Origin: an uncultured bacterium
GTDB taxonomy: Bacteria; Armatimonadota; Abditibacteriia; Abditibacteriales; Abditibacteriaceae
Direction: 5' to 3'
Length of the DNA stretch: 64,000 bases
NCBI GenBank assembly: GCA_963843795.1
Contig: CAWJLW010000006.1
Span: 1,302,001 to 1,366,000, forward strand
Positions within the stretch are counted from its first letter, which is position 1. Each line of letters begins with the position of its first letter. Made by a program: the position numbers and the translations under genes. A model generated the notes under the pieces. It did not search any database. It was not told where the DNA came from and saw nothing but the letters and a program-made list of their open reading frames with translations. Of this stretch, positions 18,059 to 28,700 are shown piece after piece.

Positions 18059-20701
18059 ATGGCTTTAAAAACTCTCGCTCGTGCTCGCAAAACGCCCACT
18101 GATGCCCAGACTGATTTGGATGGCATTGTTTTGCCGCCTGCGGTGCGCGACACCTTAGAAAATGCTGGCATCGGCGACACCGCTGTGTTGCGCGCGCAAT
18201 CGGATTTAGATGCTGCTGGCCATTGGGGCGAGCGTTATCTCATCGCTACGCCCGAACGTTTACTCGTCTTATCGGTAAGCGAAAACGTCAAAGACAAGCC
18301 CGGCGCGCTGCCGTTATCCGAACGCCATTCGCATTCGACCTCGAAACGCGCGCGTGAATCGGCCAGCGGACTGCGTTCCGATGAAGGCGTCATCGTGCCG
18401 CGCGATGCTGCAACCGGTCACGCGCGCGATGCCGAAAAAATCGATGGAGTGGCCATTGAACTCGATGTTCCGCTGCAAGATATCGCTGCCGCCGAAGCCA
18501 AATCGCTGGTCGGCAGTTCCACGCTGGAAGTGCGCTTTACCAACGGCACCGCACGAGAATTTGCCCGCAAAGACGCCGCTCTGTCTGCCTTGCAAAACGG
18601 CGTTGTCGAGCAAAATGGTGTGGTTCAACAGAATGGTCATGTTGAACAAAACGGCCATGTCGAACAAAATGGTCATGTCGCGAATAACGGTGTGCCAGAT
18701 GAACGCGTGGTCGAGATTTTTCGTTCGTCCAACGCGCACGCCAAATCTCTGGGACGTGTAGCGCGGCAACTGGAAGAATTGCGCGACACGGGCGCGGTGG
18801 ACGAAGACCCTGTCGAAGCCGAAAAGTGGAAGCGCGCGACCTGTGATTCGTGCGGTCGTGCCTTTCCCGAAAATTCGCGCGTATGTCCGTTTTGCGTTAA
18901 CAAATGGCGCGCTTTGAAGCGTTTGTATTCCTACGTTTTACCTTACAAAGGCATTGCGATTGGCAACTTCGCTTTATCGGTTGCAGATCGCGGTCTGTCG
19001 TTTGTGCCGCCGCTCATTTTTGCGTATTTGCTCGATAATACTTTCAATTTCGAAGGGCGCGCCGTCAATGCCACATGGTTTAGCGGCTTAATGGCTGGCA
19101 CGCCGCCGCGGAGCGCTTTGGGCATTGTGATTGGCCTGATGATTCTGGCTGCGCTCATCAACTCGGGCGTGGCGATTATTCGTGGGCGCAGCGTGGCATT
19201 TTTAGGCGCGCGCGTTCTGCACGATTTGCGCACGCAGCTTTATTCGCACCTGCAACGATTGTCGATGAGCTATTTCGATAAACGCGAAATCGGCGCAGTG
19301 ATGAGCCGCGTGCAAAATGATGTTGGGATGATTCAAAACTTCCTGCTCGATGGCGCGGAAAACGTCGTTTTGTCGTCGTTGACCATTATTTTCGTCGTCA
19401 CGATCATGATGCTCCACTCGTGGCAGTTGGCTTTGCTGGTTTTGTTGCCGGTTCCCCTCGTTGTGATTGGCACCAACAATTACTGGCGCGGATTGATGAA
19501 GTTGTGGCGGCGCGTGTGGCACCAGAACTCTTCTCTGGGCGCGCGTCTGGCCGACACGCTGGGCGGCGTGCGCGTGGTGCGCGCTTTTGCGCAGGAAAGT
19601 CGCGAGGTCGATCGTTTCATTACCAAAAGCGGACAGTTGCGCGATGCGACTATTGGCGTCGAGCAAAAAGCTGCCATCTTCTATCCCACGCTGGGTTTCA
19701 TTATGGGGTTGGGCGCGCCTTTGGCGTGGTATTTCGGTGGCTTGCAAGTCATCGACCGCAGCCTGTCATTAGGCGATCTCACTTTGGTCACGCTTTTGGT
19801 CACTCGATTATATGAGCCAGTTCAACAATTGACGCGTTTAACCAACTTTACAACGCGTGCCATGACCGCTGCCGAACGCATTTTTGAGGTTCTGGACACT
19901 GAACCCGAAGTGCAGGAAGCCGAGGACGCGATTCCGATGCCTCATGTCGAAGGCCGCGTCGAGTTCAAAAAAGTCGTTTTTGGATATGAAAAACATCGTC
20001 CGGTGATGCATGGCATTTCGCTCAATATCGAGCCGGGAGAAATGATTGGTTTGGTCGGTCATTCAGGCGCGGGCAAAAGTACTTTGATTAACCTGCTGAT
20101 GCGTTTTTACGACGTCAGCGAAGGCTCGATTGAAGTCGATGGCGTTGATTTGCGCCGCATCAAGCGCGATGATATTCGCAACCAGATCGGTATCGTTTTG
20201 CAGGAGCCTTATTTGTTCCACGGTTCTGTGGCCGATAACATTGCGTATGGCAATCCCAACGCGACGAAAGCCGAAATCATGGGCGCTGCCAAAGCCGCTT
20301 ACGCGCACGATTTCATCGTGACTTTCCCCGATGGTTACGATACTCTGGTCGGCGAGCGTGGCACGCGCTTGAGCGGCGGCGAACGCCAACGCATCTCAAT
20401 TGCGCGCGCGATTTTGCACAACCCGCGCATTCTCATTCTGGACGAAGCGACCGCTAGCGTTGATACCGAAACTGAACAGCAGATTCAGGGCGCGCTGAAA
20501 AACCTGACGCGTGGCCGCACAACAATTGCTATCGCCCATCGCTTGAGCACCCTGCGCGATGCCAACCGCTTGTTAGTTTTGGAAGCGGGGAATATCGTCG
20601 AGCAGGGCACACACGACGAACTGATGGCTCAACGCGGCGTGTTTTACAAGCTCGTCAACGCCCAACGGGCGATGAACGAAGTTGTTGCTTTGGCCGAATA
20701 A
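18059..20701 (+). CDS. Fused ABC exporter (TMD+NBD) with ~280-aa N-terminal extension
   Basis: Walker A GHSGAGKST, LSGGERQR and LILDEAT; six-TM domain; CxxC-x10-CxxC before the TMD. Confidence 0.92.
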   Translation: MALKTLARARKTPTDAQTDLDGIVLPPAVRDTLENAGIGDTAVLRAQSDLDAAGHWGERYLIATPERLLVLSVSENVKDKPGALPLSERHSHSTSKRARESASGLRSDEGVIVPRDAATGHARDAEKIDGVAIELDVPLQDIAAAEAKSLVGSSTLEVRFTNGTAREFARKDAALSALQNGVVEQNGVVQQNGHVEQNGHVEQNGHVANNGVPDERVVEIFRSSNAHAKSLGRVARQLEELRDTGAVDEDPVEAEKWKRATCDSCGRAFPENSRVCPFCVNKWRALKRLYSYVLPYKGIAIGNFALSVADRGLSFVPPLIFAYLLDNTFNFEGRAVNATWFSGLMAGTPPRSALGIVIGLMILAALINSGVAIIRGRSVAFLGARVLHDLRTQLYSHLQRLSMSYFDKREIGAVMSRVQNDVGMIQNFLLDGAENVVLSSLTIIFVVTIMMLHSWQLALLVLLPVPLVVIGTNNYWRGLMKLWRRVWHQNSSLGARLADTLGGVRVVRAFAQESREVDRFITKSGQLRDATIGVEQKAAIFYPTLGFIMGLGAPLAWYFGGLQVIDRSLSLGDLTLVTLLVTRLYEPVQQLTRLTNFTTRAMTAAERIFEVLDTEPEVQEAEDAIPMPHVEGRVEFKKVVFGYEKHRPVMHGISLNIEPGEMIGLVGHSGAGKSTLINLLMRFYDVSEGSIEVDGVDLRRIKRDDIRNQIGIVLQEPYLFHGSVADNIAYGNPNATKAEIMGAAKAAYAHDFIVTFPDGYDTLVGERGTRLSGGERQRISIARAILHNPRILILDEATASVDTETEQQIQGALKNLTRGRTTIAIAHRLSTLRDANRLLVLEAGNIVEQGTHDELMAQRGVFYKLVNAQRAMNEVVALAE
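18593..18694 (+). repeat. In-frame 18-nt tandem repeat encoding (V-E/Q-QNG-H/V)n
   Basis: QNGV-VEQNGV-VQQNGH-VEQNGH-VEQNGH-VANNGV. Confidence 0.85.
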
Positions 20702-20709
20702 CGAAAGTC

Positions 20710-20761
20710 GCAAGCACAAAAAGCGCGCTGCAAGTACTTGCAGCGCGCTTTTTGTGCTTGC
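20710..20761. terminator. 52-bp perfect palindrome / terminator
   Basis: GCAAGCACAAAAAGCGCGCTGCAAGT|ACTTGCAGCGCGCTTTTTGTGCTTGC, 8 nt after the ABC gene stop. Confidence 0.95.
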
Positions 20762-20894
20762 AGTATGCGAACCGACAAATGTGCGGGCGTTTTTCTGGTT
20801 GTGAGCACGAAAAATTAGACATTACAGCGCGTTTTCTTTATGGCATAATAAGCGAGGAATCTCTTGAGAAGAAAGGTGTGATGCGCTGACCGTT

Positions 20895-23534
20895 ATGTTG
20901 AAAAATTTTGTGGGCGTTCTCTTGATCGAAAGCAGCGAAGCTGATTATCGCCTGATTGAAAATTTGCTATTACGAACGCAAGAACCTTCATTTGAACTGC
21001 AGTGGGTTCAAAATATGGAGGACGCCGAGCGGGTTATGGAGAGCGCCGATTGTGATATATGCTTGTTCGATGACAGTTTGGGAACCGAAAATCTCGAGCG
21101 GACACGACAAAAATTGCTGGTTCGGGGCGACGCGCCGCTTTTAGTGTTGAAGTCGCGTTCTGAAAAACTAAATGAAATGCCGGCTCTGCCAGAAAGCATT
21201 GATTCTCTCTTCAAGAGTCGGCTCAGTGCCGAACTTTTGGAACGCACGATTCTTTATTCCATTGAGCGCAAGCGCATCGAGACAGTTTTACAAGGCTCTT
21301 CTGCGCAGCACATTTTTTTGTCTGCCATCGAAAATCTTTCGGTCGGCGTTTTTATCACCGATCCGCGCCAGTCCGGTAATCCGCTAATTTTTGTTAATGC
21401 GGCTTTCACTTCCATCACCGGCTATACGCTACAAGATGTGCCAGAAAATGCTTACGGCTTTCTGGCACATCCCGATTCCGATCCGCAAACGCTTCAAGCC
21501 TTGCGCAATGCGATCAGCGCGCGACGTTCATTTAAAGGTGTGTTCCTGAGCGCTCGCAAAGATGGCACGACGTATCACAATTCGCTAATCATCAGTCCGG
21601 TTTTTAATGAGCAGGGAGGCCTGATCAATTTCGTCGGCTTGAGCGAAGACGTGACAGCTCATTATGAAGCCGAGCAAGCGTTGTTGGAAAGCGAAAAGCG
21701 TTTTGAGAGCATGGTCGCCAATGTGCCGGGCATGATCTATCGTGTGTTGCGCCGCGCCGATAAAACGATTTCGTTTCTTTATGTCAGTGAAGGTTGTCGG
21801 GAAGTATTGGGCATCGAGCGCGAGCAATTGTTGAACGATGCAACATTGATGCGCCGCATGGTGCATCCCGATGACAAGGCGGATTACGAACGTTCGGTAA
21901 CAGTTGCCACGAGGACCGAACATCCGCAGCCCTGGAGTTGGCAGGGCCGGTTCGTGTTGTCATCGCACGAAGAAAAAATTTGTCAGAGTTGGTGTAATCC
22001 CAATCCGCAGGGAAATGGCGATGTGATCTGGGACGGATTATTGATGGATGTCACCGCTTCAATGCGCGCTCAACAAAAAGCGGCGCGATTGGCGGCCATT
22101 GTGGAAAATTCCAACGATGCGATTATCAGCAGCACTCTGGATGGCGTGATTACCAGTTGGAACCGGGCTGCGGAGTTGATGCTGAGTTACAATGCGGAAG
22201 AGATTATTGGTCAACCCATGCCGAATCTGTTACCACCTGACCACGTTTCTGAGTTCGATATTTTAAGAGAACAGATGATCGCGGGCGATCAGGTGCAGGG
22301 CTATGAAACCGTGTGGCACTCCAAAAATGGCAGCTTGCTGGATGTTGAACTGACAATTTCGCCAATCAAAAGCACCAACAGTGAAATGGTGGGCCTATCG
22401 ACAATCGTGCAGGATATCACCCATCGTAAAATTGCTCAAGCGAAAATCGAGCAACAGATACGGCGCATTCAAGCGTTGCGCAACATCGACATCGCCATTA
22501 CAGGCAGCCTCGATTTGAACGTGACACTCAGCGTTTTGCTCGATCAGGTGACGACACATCTTCACGTCGATAGTGCGGCGATTTTGCTAATGGATGCTGG
22601 CACGCAACGTTTGCAGTTTTCGGCGGGACGAGGTTTTCGCACTGCGGCATTGCAGCGCACCGACTTGCACATCGGCGAAGGTTATGCGGGCCGCGCGGCC
22701 TTGGAACGGCGTATGATAACGGTTTCCAACCTTCTCCAAGATACCAGTCGCTTTCCTCGCCTTCAATTGATGGTCGCCGAAGATTTCATCTTTTACTGCG
22801 CGGTGCCCCTGATTACTAAAGGCATTGTGGTGGGCGTACTGGAGGTTTTCCGTCGTTCGCCTTTGCAAGCCGATGATGATTGGTTCAATTTTCTGCAAAC
22901 GCTGGCGACGCAGGCCGCCATCGCCATCGAAAACGCCGGTCTTTTCGTCGATTTGCAGCATTCCAATGCCGAATTGCAATCGGCTTACGACAGCACACTC
23001 GAAGGCTGGTCGAAGGCGCTTGACTTACGTGATAAAGAAACCGTCGGCCACTCGCAGCGTGTCACCGAGCATACGCTGGCACTGGCTCGCGCCATGCAGG
23101 TCACCGGAAGCGATTTGGCCCACATCAGGCGCGGCGCGTTGTTGCACGACATTGGAAAAATGGGCGTGCCCGACGCCATTTTGCTCAAACCTGGCCCGCT
23201 GAATGAAGAAGAATGGAGTATTATGCGCAAGCATCCGATTTACGCCTATGAATTGCTTTCGCCGATTAATTATCTGCGTCCATCGCTCGATATTCCTTAC
23301 TGCCACCACGAGAAATGGGACGGCAGCGGTTATCCGCGCGGTTTGCAAAATGAGCAAATTCCGCTCGGTGCTCGTATTTTTGCCGTAATAGATGTGTGGG
23401 ACGCGCTGCGTTCCAATCGCCCTTACCGCCCTGCCTGGACCGCAGACCGCGTGCGCCATCATATCGCACAAGGCAGCAATCATCACTTCGATCCGGCAGT
23501 CGTCAAAACTTTTCTCGATCTCGATTTTGACTAA
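20895..23534 (+). CDS. REC-PAS-PAS-PAS-GAF-HD-GYP cyclic-di-GMP phosphodiesterase
   Basis: 'LLHDIGK' and 'HHEKWDGSGYPRGL'; three PAS/PAC segments ending in DVT/DIT; a GAF domain; a degenerate REC domain. Confidence 0.92.
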   Translation: MLKNFVGVLLIESSEADYRLIENLLLRTQEPSFELQWVQNMEDAERVMESADCDICLFDDSLGTENLERTRQKLLVRGDAPLLVLKSRSEKLNEMPALPESIDSLFKSRLSAELLERTILYSIERKRIETVLQGSSAQHIFLSAIENLSVGVFITDPRQSGNPLIFVNAAFTSITGYTLQDVPENAYGFLAHPDSDPQTLQALRNAISARRSFKGVFLSARKDGTTYHNSLIISPVFNEQGGLINFVGLSEDVTAHYEAEQALLESEKRFESMVANVPGMIYRVLRRADKTISFLYVSEGCREVLGIEREQLLNDATLMRRMVHPDDKADYERSVTVATRTEHPQPWSWQGRFVLSSHEEKICQSWCNPNPQGNGDVIWDGLLMDVTASMRAQQKAARLAAIVENSNDAIISSTLDGVITSWNRAAELMLSYNAEEIIGQPMPNLLPPDHVSEFDILREQMIAGDQVQGYETVWHSKNGSLLDVELTISPIKSTNSEMVGLSTIVQDITHRKIAQAKIEQQIRRIQALRNIDIAITGSLDLNVTLSVLLDQVTTHLHVDSAAILLMDAGTQRLQFSAGRGFRTAALQRTDLHIGEGYAGRAALERRMITVSNLLQDTSRFPRLQLMVAEDFIFYCAVPLITKGIVVGVLEVFRRSPLQADDDWFNFLQTLATQAAIAIENAGLFVDLQHSNAELQSAYDSTLEGWSKALDLRDKETVGHSQRVTEHTLALARAMQVTGSDLAHIRRGALLHDIGKMGVPDAILLKPGPLNEEEWSIMRKHPIYAYELLSPINYLRPSLDIPYCHHEKWDGSGYPRGLQNEQIPLGARIFAVIDVWDALRSNRPYRPAWTADRVRHHIAQGSNHHFDPAVVKTFLDLDFD

Positions 23535-23569
23535 AAAAGCGCGCTGCAAGTACTTGCAGCGCGCTTTTT
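23534..23569. terminator. 36-bp perfect palindrome, bidirectional terminator
   Basis: AAAAAGCGCGCTGCAAGTACTTGCAGCGCGCTTTTT between convergent genes; identical to 20718-20753. Confidence 0.95.
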
Positions 23570-23585
23570 GGCGATTCAATCAACA

Positions 23586-25382
23586 CTAAATTTTGACGGT
23601 TGCGCTCAGCCGGTCAAATTCATCGATGTGGGCGCGCACAATATCTAAACTGCTGCGCCAAAATTCGATGCTAGTTGTATCGACATCGAATTGTGCGGCA
23701 AGGGTTTTGGCGTCGGCCATGCCGCAGCGACTGAGAAAGTCGTCGTATTGCGTGCGGAAAGTTTCGAGTTCCTTTTGGTAACGCGCATACAAACCCAATC
23801 CGAACAACAAGCCAAAAGTGTAGGGATAATTGTAGAACGTCGGGCCATAATAATGGCCTTTGACGGCCCACATATAAGGATGCTTGGGTTCGACAATTTC
23901 GCCATAGGTCGCGTCTTGCGCCTGTGTCATCAAATCGCAAAATTCCTGCGGCGTCAGGTCACGCGCGCCACGCTTTTCAAAAACCGCGCGCTCGAATAAA
24001 AAGCGCGAGTGAATATCAACGACAATTTGTAAATCGCGGCCCAGCGCATTATCGAGCAAAGCCAATTTCTGTTGATCGTCGGCGTCTTTGACGGCAGCTT
24101 CAAAGATGATAGTCTCGCAAAAAATGCTCGCGGTTTCGGCCAAAGTCATGGGCACGCCGCTTTGCAGTGGCGTGCGCGGTTCGAGCGTGAGATTGTGATA
24201 CGCGTGGCCGAGTTCGTGAGCCAGCGTGGAAAGCGCGTTAAACGAGCCATCGAAATTCATTAGCACGCGCGATTCGCCGGGCCGCGTACCAGTGCAATAA
24301 GCGCCGCCGACTTTGCCAACGGTCGGCGGCGCATCGATCCAATTTTCATCGAAAGTGCGTTGGGCAAATTCGGCTAAACGAGAGGAATAGGCCGCGAATT
24401 GTTCGTGCACAAAACGTGTTGTACGTGGCCAATCCCAAACGTCTTCCTCAGCGCTAATCGGTGCCATCATGTCATACCATGCAATGGTTTCCGTGCCCTG
24501 CAAGCGCGCTTTGGCGCTGAGATAACGGCGCAAATCGGGAAAAGCTTCTTCGCAAGCGCTTTGCATGGCGGCCAAAGTTTCGCGGTCGATGCTGTTAGCT
24601 GTCAGCGTTGGCTCCACATCATCGGCGTAATCGCGGCGCGCCCGCAGTTCGCGCTGAAAACCTTTGATGCCGTTTAATGCTGCGGCAAACGGAACTTCGT
24701 TGGCTTTCCACGCGGCGATTTCGGCTTCGAAAGCGGCGCGGCGCACCTCTGCGCGCGCATCGTTGGCCAGGGCGCGAATCGCGCTAATTGGCAAGGTCTG
24801 AATTCCGCCTTCGATTTCGACATTTGCCGTCAAAAGCGCCGACAAATCGCTGTGCAATTTGGCCCAACCGCTCAGGCCCATCGGACGGAGCGCGGCGGCG
24901 AGATTTTCTTCGCTTTCGTCCATCTGATGCTGACCCATTTCGTGCGAACGACGTAGCCAGAATTCGTGCTCGCGTGCGGTTTGCGACAATTTCAGCAAAT
25001 GCTCGATGTCGCTGCTTGAAATCCAAAGGAGCAAGCGCGATTGCAATTGTTGCAGCGGCACAGTCGCGTTTTCCAATTGCGAAGCGCGCGATTGCGCTAA
25101 ATCGTTGCGCGCATCGGTCGTCACGAAGCAATTGATGTAAGAACCCAGCGCGCGCAAACGCACGCGCAGCCCATTGAGCGCACCAACGATTTCCTCAAAC
25201 TGCGCGGCAAAATCGCTATCGACTGCAGAATTTTCGCGCTTGCGCACCTCGCTGCGGTCGAATAATTGTTGCAGGTCGGCGATGAGTTGCAAAACGGCAT
25301 CGAATTCATTTTTGAATTCAACAGAGTCCAAAGCCGGAAAAATCGGCGTCATATCCCAACGTGGCAAAGAAGAAGCATTCAT
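23586..25382 (-). CDS. pepF: M3B oligoendopeptidase F
   Basis: 'TLAHELGHAYH', 'LAETASIFCE' and 'FYNYPYTFG'. Start reassigned to MNASSLPRWD (25382). Confidence 0.88.
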   Translation of the reverse strand: MNASSLPRWDMTPIFPALDSVEFKNEFDAVLQLIADLQQLFDRSEVRKRENSAVDSDFAAQFEEIVGALNGLRVRLRALGSYINCFVTTDARNDLAQSRASQLENATVPLQQLQSRLLLWISSSDIEHLLKLSQTAREHEFWLRRSHEMGQHQMDESEENLAAALRPMGLSGWAKLHSDLSALLTANVEIEGGIQTLPISAIRALANDARAEVRRAAFEAEIAAWKANEVPFAAALNGIKGFQRELRARRDYADDVEPTLTANSIDRETLAAMQSACEEAFPDLRRYLSAKARLQGTETIAWYDMMAPISAEEDVWDWPRTTRFVHEQFAAYSSRLAEFAQRTFDENWIDAPPTVGKVGGAYCTGTRPGESRVLMNFDGSFNALSTLAHELGHAYHNLTLEPRTPLQSGVPMTLAETASIFCETIIFEAAVKDADDQQKLALLDNALGRDLQIVVDIHSRFLFERAVFEKRGARDLTPQEFCDLMTQAQDATYGEIVEPKHPYMWAVKGHYYGPTFYNYPYTFGLLFGLGLYARYQKELETFRTQYDDFLSRCGMADAKTLAAQFDVDTTSIEFWRSSLDIVRAHIDEFDRLSATVKI

Positions 25383-25498
25383 AGCGCACAGTTTCGCCGG
25401 ATGCTCCGCACAATGCAGCCTATTATTTGAACTTTGCTGTGACAAAATTACAAACGTTGTGCATTGCCAGTACTTGCTGAAAGTATTTTTTTGCACAC

Positions 25499-25527
25499 TT
25501 GCGCTAAATTTATAAATTGGTTAGAAT
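25499..25527 (+). promoter_or_regulatory. Candidate sigma70 promoter of rpoBC
   Basis: TTGCGC-17 nt-TAGAAT in an AT-rich stretch about 270 nt upstream of rpoB. Confidence 0.5.
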
Positions 25528-25703
25528 ATCTAATTCGTGCGCGGAAACGGGTACGCTTCTTCGTCATTCTTGCTACGCCGCCATATTTTATGGGGCGCTT
25601 TTGACTCATCCACAATTTTTTGTCGTATTTCTTATGCGCTTATTTTCGAGTTTTTGGTTCGGAATATAAAGCGTCGTTCTCAGCCAGTCCGCAAATACTG
25701 CCT

Positions 25704-25717
25704 TGCAAGTACTTGCA
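25704..25717. repeat. Palindrome copy in the rpoB leader
   Basis: TGCAAGTACTTGCA. Confidence 0.9.
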
Positions 25718-25795
25718 GGCGTTGTGGCGTGTGAAATTTCTTGCATTTTTCGCGCTTTTAGCCGTGAGGCTAAGAGCGCAGGGGGAAAATATTTT

Positions 25796-28700
25796 ATGGC
25801 TCAAACTGCCAATGGCGTGTCTTATCTGGCGCGCGATAAAAACCCGACGATTAACGGGCCAGCCAATAACCGTTCGGTGCCGTTTATCGTTGATGGACTG
25901 GCCGCGCTGGGTTCCGGTCGGCCCATCGACAAAACCACGCTGGTGAAAACCGCCCAGAAGCAAGTGCATTTGGGCGATAGTATCGACATCAAAGTGCCGA
26001 ACATGGTCGATATGCAGCTCGAATCGTATTCATGGTTTTTGAATACCGGCTTGCGCGAACTGTTCGATTCGTTTTCGCCGATTGAAGATTTCACCGGCAC
26101 CATGTCGCTGGAATTTCTCGATTACACACTTGGCGAACCCAAATTTGCGCCCGACGAATGCCGCGAACGCGACATGACCTACGAAATGCCGATGAAGGTC
26201 AAGGTTCGTGTTGTCAATAAAGAAACTGGCGAACTGAAAGAAAGCGAAGTTTATCTGGGCGAATTGCCGTGCATGACGCAGCGCGGAACCTTTATTATCA
26301 ATGGCGCCGAGCGCGTTGTGGTTGCGCAGCTATCGCGCAGCCCTGGCGCGTATTTTAAAGAAGAGATCGCATATTCGGGTCGTCGTTTGATCCAGATGCA
26401 GATCATTCCGCAGGAAGGCGCGTGGGTCGATGCCGAAGTTTCGGAAGAAGCCACCAAAGATATCAGCGTTTCGATGGGCGTGAAAATCGGTCAGTCCAAA
26501 CGCATGCCGATCACCACGCTCATGCGCGCGTTCTCGGGTATGGACGTGGCGCAGCCGCACGCCAAGCGCGTGGAGTCTTTGGCTCCGACAGATGAAGCGC
26601 TCAAAGGCCGCCCGCTTGCGGAAGAATTGATTGATTATTCGACCGGCGAATTGATTGGCGAACCTGGTCAAGTGATTGATGACGAATTATTCGAACGCAT
26701 CAAAACTCTGCGTGATAACCCGACCGTCGAAGTGGCCGCGCAGCGTTTGCAGTGCGCGACGACCCGACAGATTTTGGAATTGTTCGGCGAGAAAATCACC
26801 CTCACCGAAATCGCGCCGGAATCGTTTTTTGATGAATTCGCCGGCAGCAACGACCGCGAATATCCGTATTTCATCTCGCACGATTTGATGGAAGGCGAAG
26901 CCAAGCGACCGGTTTTGCGCTCTTGCGCGCATATCGACAGCGAAGCGGTCGAGAAAATCATGCGCGTCAATCCGCCGTCGCTGGAAGTTTATAAAATGCC
27001 TGCCGTTTTGACGGGTGCTTTAGTGCTGGACAAAGTGCGCGAAGAACGCGGACGCGATGAAGACCCGGCGACGATGGAGCAGATGGCGCTTTTGGAAGTG
27101 CATAAGAATTTGCGACCTGGCGACCCGCCGACGCAGGAATCGGCGCGTTCGCTCCTCAATTCGTTTTTCTTCGATGGCAAACGCTACGATTTGGGTCGCG
27201 TTGGTCGTTATAAGTTGAATCGCAAATTGAACAGCGATGTGCCCAGCGATACCTACACCTTAACCTTGCACGATTTGGTGGCGGGCATTCGTTACGTCAT
27301 CGAGATGGACAAGGGCGAAAATGAATTGTATTCATCTGATGACATCGACCATCTGCGCAACAAGCGTGTGCGCGCGGTCGGAGAATTGTTGCAGAACCAG
27401 TTGCGTTCGGGAATGTTGCGCATGGAACGCGTGGCGCGCGAACGTTTGACTTCCTTAGAGCGCGATAGCGTGACCGCCCAAGCGGTAATTTCTATTAAAC
27501 CGATTACTGCTGCGGTGCGCTCGTTCTTCGGTTCGGGCCAGTTGTCGCAGTTCATGGACCAAACCAACCCATTGGCGGAATTGGCGCATAAGCGGCGCTT
27601 GTCGGTGCTTGGCCCGGGTGGTTTGAGCCGTCAGAGCGCGAAGTTGGAAGTGCGCGACGTGCATCACTCGCATTATGGTCGCATCTGTCCGATTGAAACG
27701 CCTGAAGGCCCAAACATTGGTTTGATCGGTTCTCTTGCGACTTATGCGCGCATTGATGATTACGGCTTTTTGCAAGCGCCGTATCGTGTGGTGAAAGATG
27801 GCAAAATCACCAGCGAAATCAAGTACTTGCAGGCCGATGAAGAAGAAACCGCGACCATTATCAGCGGCTCGGCGCAGGTGCGCGAAGATGGCGGCTTTGT
27901 TGATGAACTGGTGCAAGCGCGGCACGCACAGGCTCACCCTCTGGTAAAGCCCGAAGAAGCCGATTATATGGATTTGTCGCCACTGCAAGTGTTTTCTGTG
28001 GCGACGGCGATGATTCCATTTTTGGAAAACGACGACGCCAACCGCGCCTTGATGGGCTCCAATATGCAGCGTCAGGCCGTGCCTCTGGTCCGCCCGACGG
28101 TGCCTTTGGTGAAAACCGGTTTGGAAGCGCGTTCGGCGATGGATTCGGGCGCTGCGGTGACTTGCGATATTGATGGCGTGGTGGAAGACGTGACGGCGAG
28201 TTCGATTCGCGTGCGCGGTTACGACGGCGACGAAGTGACGCACACGCTGCGCACTTTCGTGCGCTCGAACCAGGCGACGTGTATTCATCAGAAGCCACTA
28301 GTCGAAAAAGGTCAGCACGTCAAAGCAGGAACCGCGATTGCCGATGGTCCCGCTACTAAAGATGGCGAATTGGCTCTGGGCCGCAATCTCACCGTCGCCT
28401 TTGCGCTATGGGAGGGCTACAACTACGAGGACGCGATTATTCTTTCGGAGCGTGTTTCCAAAGAAGATATGTTGACTTCGGTTCATATTGAAAAATACGA
28501 AGTCGAAGCGCGCGACACCAAACTCGGCCCGGAAGAAATCACGCGCGATATTCCTAATGTCGGCGAAGATCAATTGAAAAATCTGGACGAACATGGCGTA
28601 ATTCGTGTTGGCGCTGAAGTTTTGCCGCAAGATATTCTGGTTGGCAAAATTGCGCCCAAATCGCAGGGCGAACTGTCGGCGGAAGAGCGTTTAGTGATTG

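Noticed and set aside
25703..25795. N-terminal MQVLAG... extension of RpoB in the ORF track (and similar extensions on RpoC, PepF and the GNAT)
   Set aside because: These come from upstream alternative starts in or near motif copies. Downstream ATGs fit the RBS or family N-terminus better.
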